A DNA stretch of 32,000 nucleotides from Paramicrosporidium saccamoebae KSL3 (taxonomy: Eukaryota; Fungi; Cryptomycota): contig MTSL01000010.1 in the NCBI GenBank assembly GCA_002794465.1, positions 27,579-59,578 of the forward strand, given 5' to 3'. Every line of letters starts with the position of its first letter. The stretch's first letter is position 1. Positions 30,576 to 32,000 of this stretch are shown here, piece by piece. Below the pieces are notes generated by a model. That model searched no databases. It was not told the origin of the DNA and saw only the letters and a program-made list of their open reading frames with translations. A program made the position numbers and the translations under genes.

Positions 30576-30600
30576 TCACACCACACCACACCACACCACA
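30576..30600. repeat. (CCACA)n pentanucleotide microsatellite, about 5 copies
   Basis: tcaca ccaca ccaca ccaca ccaca. Confidence 0.85.
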
Positions 30601-30630
30601 TTACACGTGCTATTCGTTGCGAGTCTGGTC

Positions 30631-31746
30631 TCAGGCTGCAATGGTGGAGGCGCTTGTTTCTGTCTCGGTGGCGGTTACGAATATGGTGCCGAATTCAGAA
30701 GTTACCGTTTCATCGAATGTAGTGACGGTGGTGGTGGTGGTGTCAGAGGTGGTTACAGAGATAGTCAGCCGTTCAAAGATAATATTCACATTTGTCGTGG
30801 TCCGTTGCGTACTGAATCCCGAATCGGTGGTGAGAGAGTATCCTGTGACTATAACGGTGCTCGTCTCAGAAGACGTGACCGTAAAGTCAATGAGCTCGCT
30901 AAAGTCCGAAGTCGTAATGTCCACTGTGATAGTGTCGATGAATTCGCTGATAGTGTAGCTAACGTCGGCGAATCTGGCCGTGGCAGTAATCGTATCGGTG
31001 ACGGATATGCTGACCGAGTTAGATTCGACCAAACTAGTGTTCACGCTTGTCACTGTGCCATCCCCAAAGGAAGTGCTGGCAAGAGTCGTGCCGTCAAAGA
31101 CAACTATTTGAATAGTCTGAAAGTCAAGATCGGAGGCAACTTCATCGGCAACAGCGGTCACGCTGACAATAATTGCCGTCTCAAAGATACCCGTAGCCGT
31201 ATCGGAGATGACAGTGATGCTGCTGATGCTGCTTTGGATCAGCGTTGAAGTGGTCAAGAAAAAGGTGCTGATCGAGACAGATGTTGTGAGGGAAACTGAT
31301 GTGGACACGGATGTATTGTCCACAGTCTCGGTGACCACTTCAGTGTCAGTGTACACACGGGTGTCGCGCTGGGTAAAAGTGAATGTAAAGGTTGTGGTCA
31401 CGAGTTCATTAACAAAATAGCTCACTGTCCATGTGCTAATGTTTGTTGAAACGGTGGTGATATGCTCCACACAGGTGGTGGTGGTGGCAACATAGACGGT
31501 TGATGTGTAGCAGCAAACACAGCCCTTGCATGGACAATACTCTCCTGTGCACGTTGCTGACACCAGGGGCGGTGCTCCGCCTATGCACTGTTGACAGAGT
31601 GGGTCGCAACATCTGGAGGCGCTGCTGGTGCTCGCTTCAATGACAATAACATCGGGAGGACACCTTGTGCAGGAAGGGACAACAGGAGTTGTGGCTGAGC
31701 AGAGTTTGATGCAGAGAACCAAAAACAGTGCCCAACCGGTGTGCAT
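30631..31746 (-). CDS. Secreted protein with Cys-rich N-terminus and long Thr/Ser/Val-rich region (surface, wall or adhesin-like), 371 aa
   Basis: Signal peptide MHTGWALFLVLCIKLCSA, then about 13 Cys within roughly 70 residues, then about 280 aa dominated by T/S/V/I. No obvious GPI or transmembrane tail. Confidence 0.8.
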   Translation of the reverse strand: MHTGWALFLVLCIKLCSATTPVVPSCTRCPPDVIVIEASTSSASRCCDPLCQQCIGGAPPLVSATCTGEYCPCKGCVCCYTSTVYVATTTTCVEHITTVSTNISTWTVSYFVNELVTTTFTFTFTQRDTRVYTDTEVVTETVDNTSVSTSVSLTTSVSISTFFLTTSTLIQSSISSITVISDTATGIFETAIIVSVTAVADEVASDLDFQTIQIVVFDGTTLASTSFGDGTVTSVNTSLVESNSVSISVTDTITATARFADVSYTISEFIDTITVDITTSDFSELIDFTVTSSETSTVIVTGYSLTTDSGFSTQRTTTNVNIIFERLTISVTTSDTTTTTVTTFDETVTSEFGTIFVTATETETSASTIAA

Positions 31747-31931
31747 TGGTATCGGTGATGCGGCATTGCAAAGTTGGATTCTCTAAGAACCAGAACAAAC
31801 CAAGGTATCACCATGGAAACGGATGTTAAGTAAGGAAGATTGGGGGTGGTGTAGTGGTAGCATCGTGGCGGTGCAATGATGATGCTATGGTGGTGTTATG
31901 GCGGATTTGCAATTGGAAAAGCAGTGTCGAG

Positions 31932-32000
31932 TAGATAGACAAGTATAACAGCAAATAGAACACTGTATGATAGTGAATAGATCGACAAGTGTAACAGCAA
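31932..32000. repeat. Direct repeat with 46-nt period at the window edge
   Basis: tagatagacaagtataacagcaa (31932) and tagatcgacaagtgtaacagcaa (31978). It may continue beyond the window. Confidence 0.6.

Noticed and set aside
30389-31420. Plus-strand ORFs of 189, 242 and 70 aa
   Set aside because: They are largely antisense shadows of the Thr-rich gene, whose codon bias suppresses stops on the other strand. The 30389 ORF starts at a non-ATG codon and runs through a microsatellite.

Overview
Gene-dense eukaryotic (fungal-type) DNA with about 18 protein-coding genes. Spacers are 9-560 nt, and 21 predicted GT-AG introns are all 27-37 nt long. In order: a divergent Ste24-like M48 metallopeptidase (runs off the left edge, absent from the ORF track), an ABCG half-transporter whose ATPase motifs are all degenerate, a glutathionyl-hydroquinone reductase (ECM4-like), a tandem-UBL/AN1 zinc-finger protein, an orphan type II membrane glycosyltransferase-like protein, SLA1, a short RAD52, three tandem paralogs fusing a GT2-like domain to an O-fucosyltransferase-like domain (one degenerate and intronless), DNA polymerase kappa, a secreted two-domain protein, an Nrg1-like C2H2 factor, FMT1, VPS20, SKI3, a possible Rix1/PELP1-like protein, PRP40 and a secreted Cys-rich/Thr-rich protein. 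Compaction and tiny introns together with a mitochondrial translation gene suggest an early-diverging fungus such as a Rozellomycota/short-branch microsporidian relative (inference, not proven). The best candidate for an undescribed system is the bifunctional glycosyltransferase array at 10.8-18.2 kb. I saw no tRNA, rRNA, CRISPR array or mobile element by eye. All exon joins and counts were made by hand and need RNA-seq confirmation.
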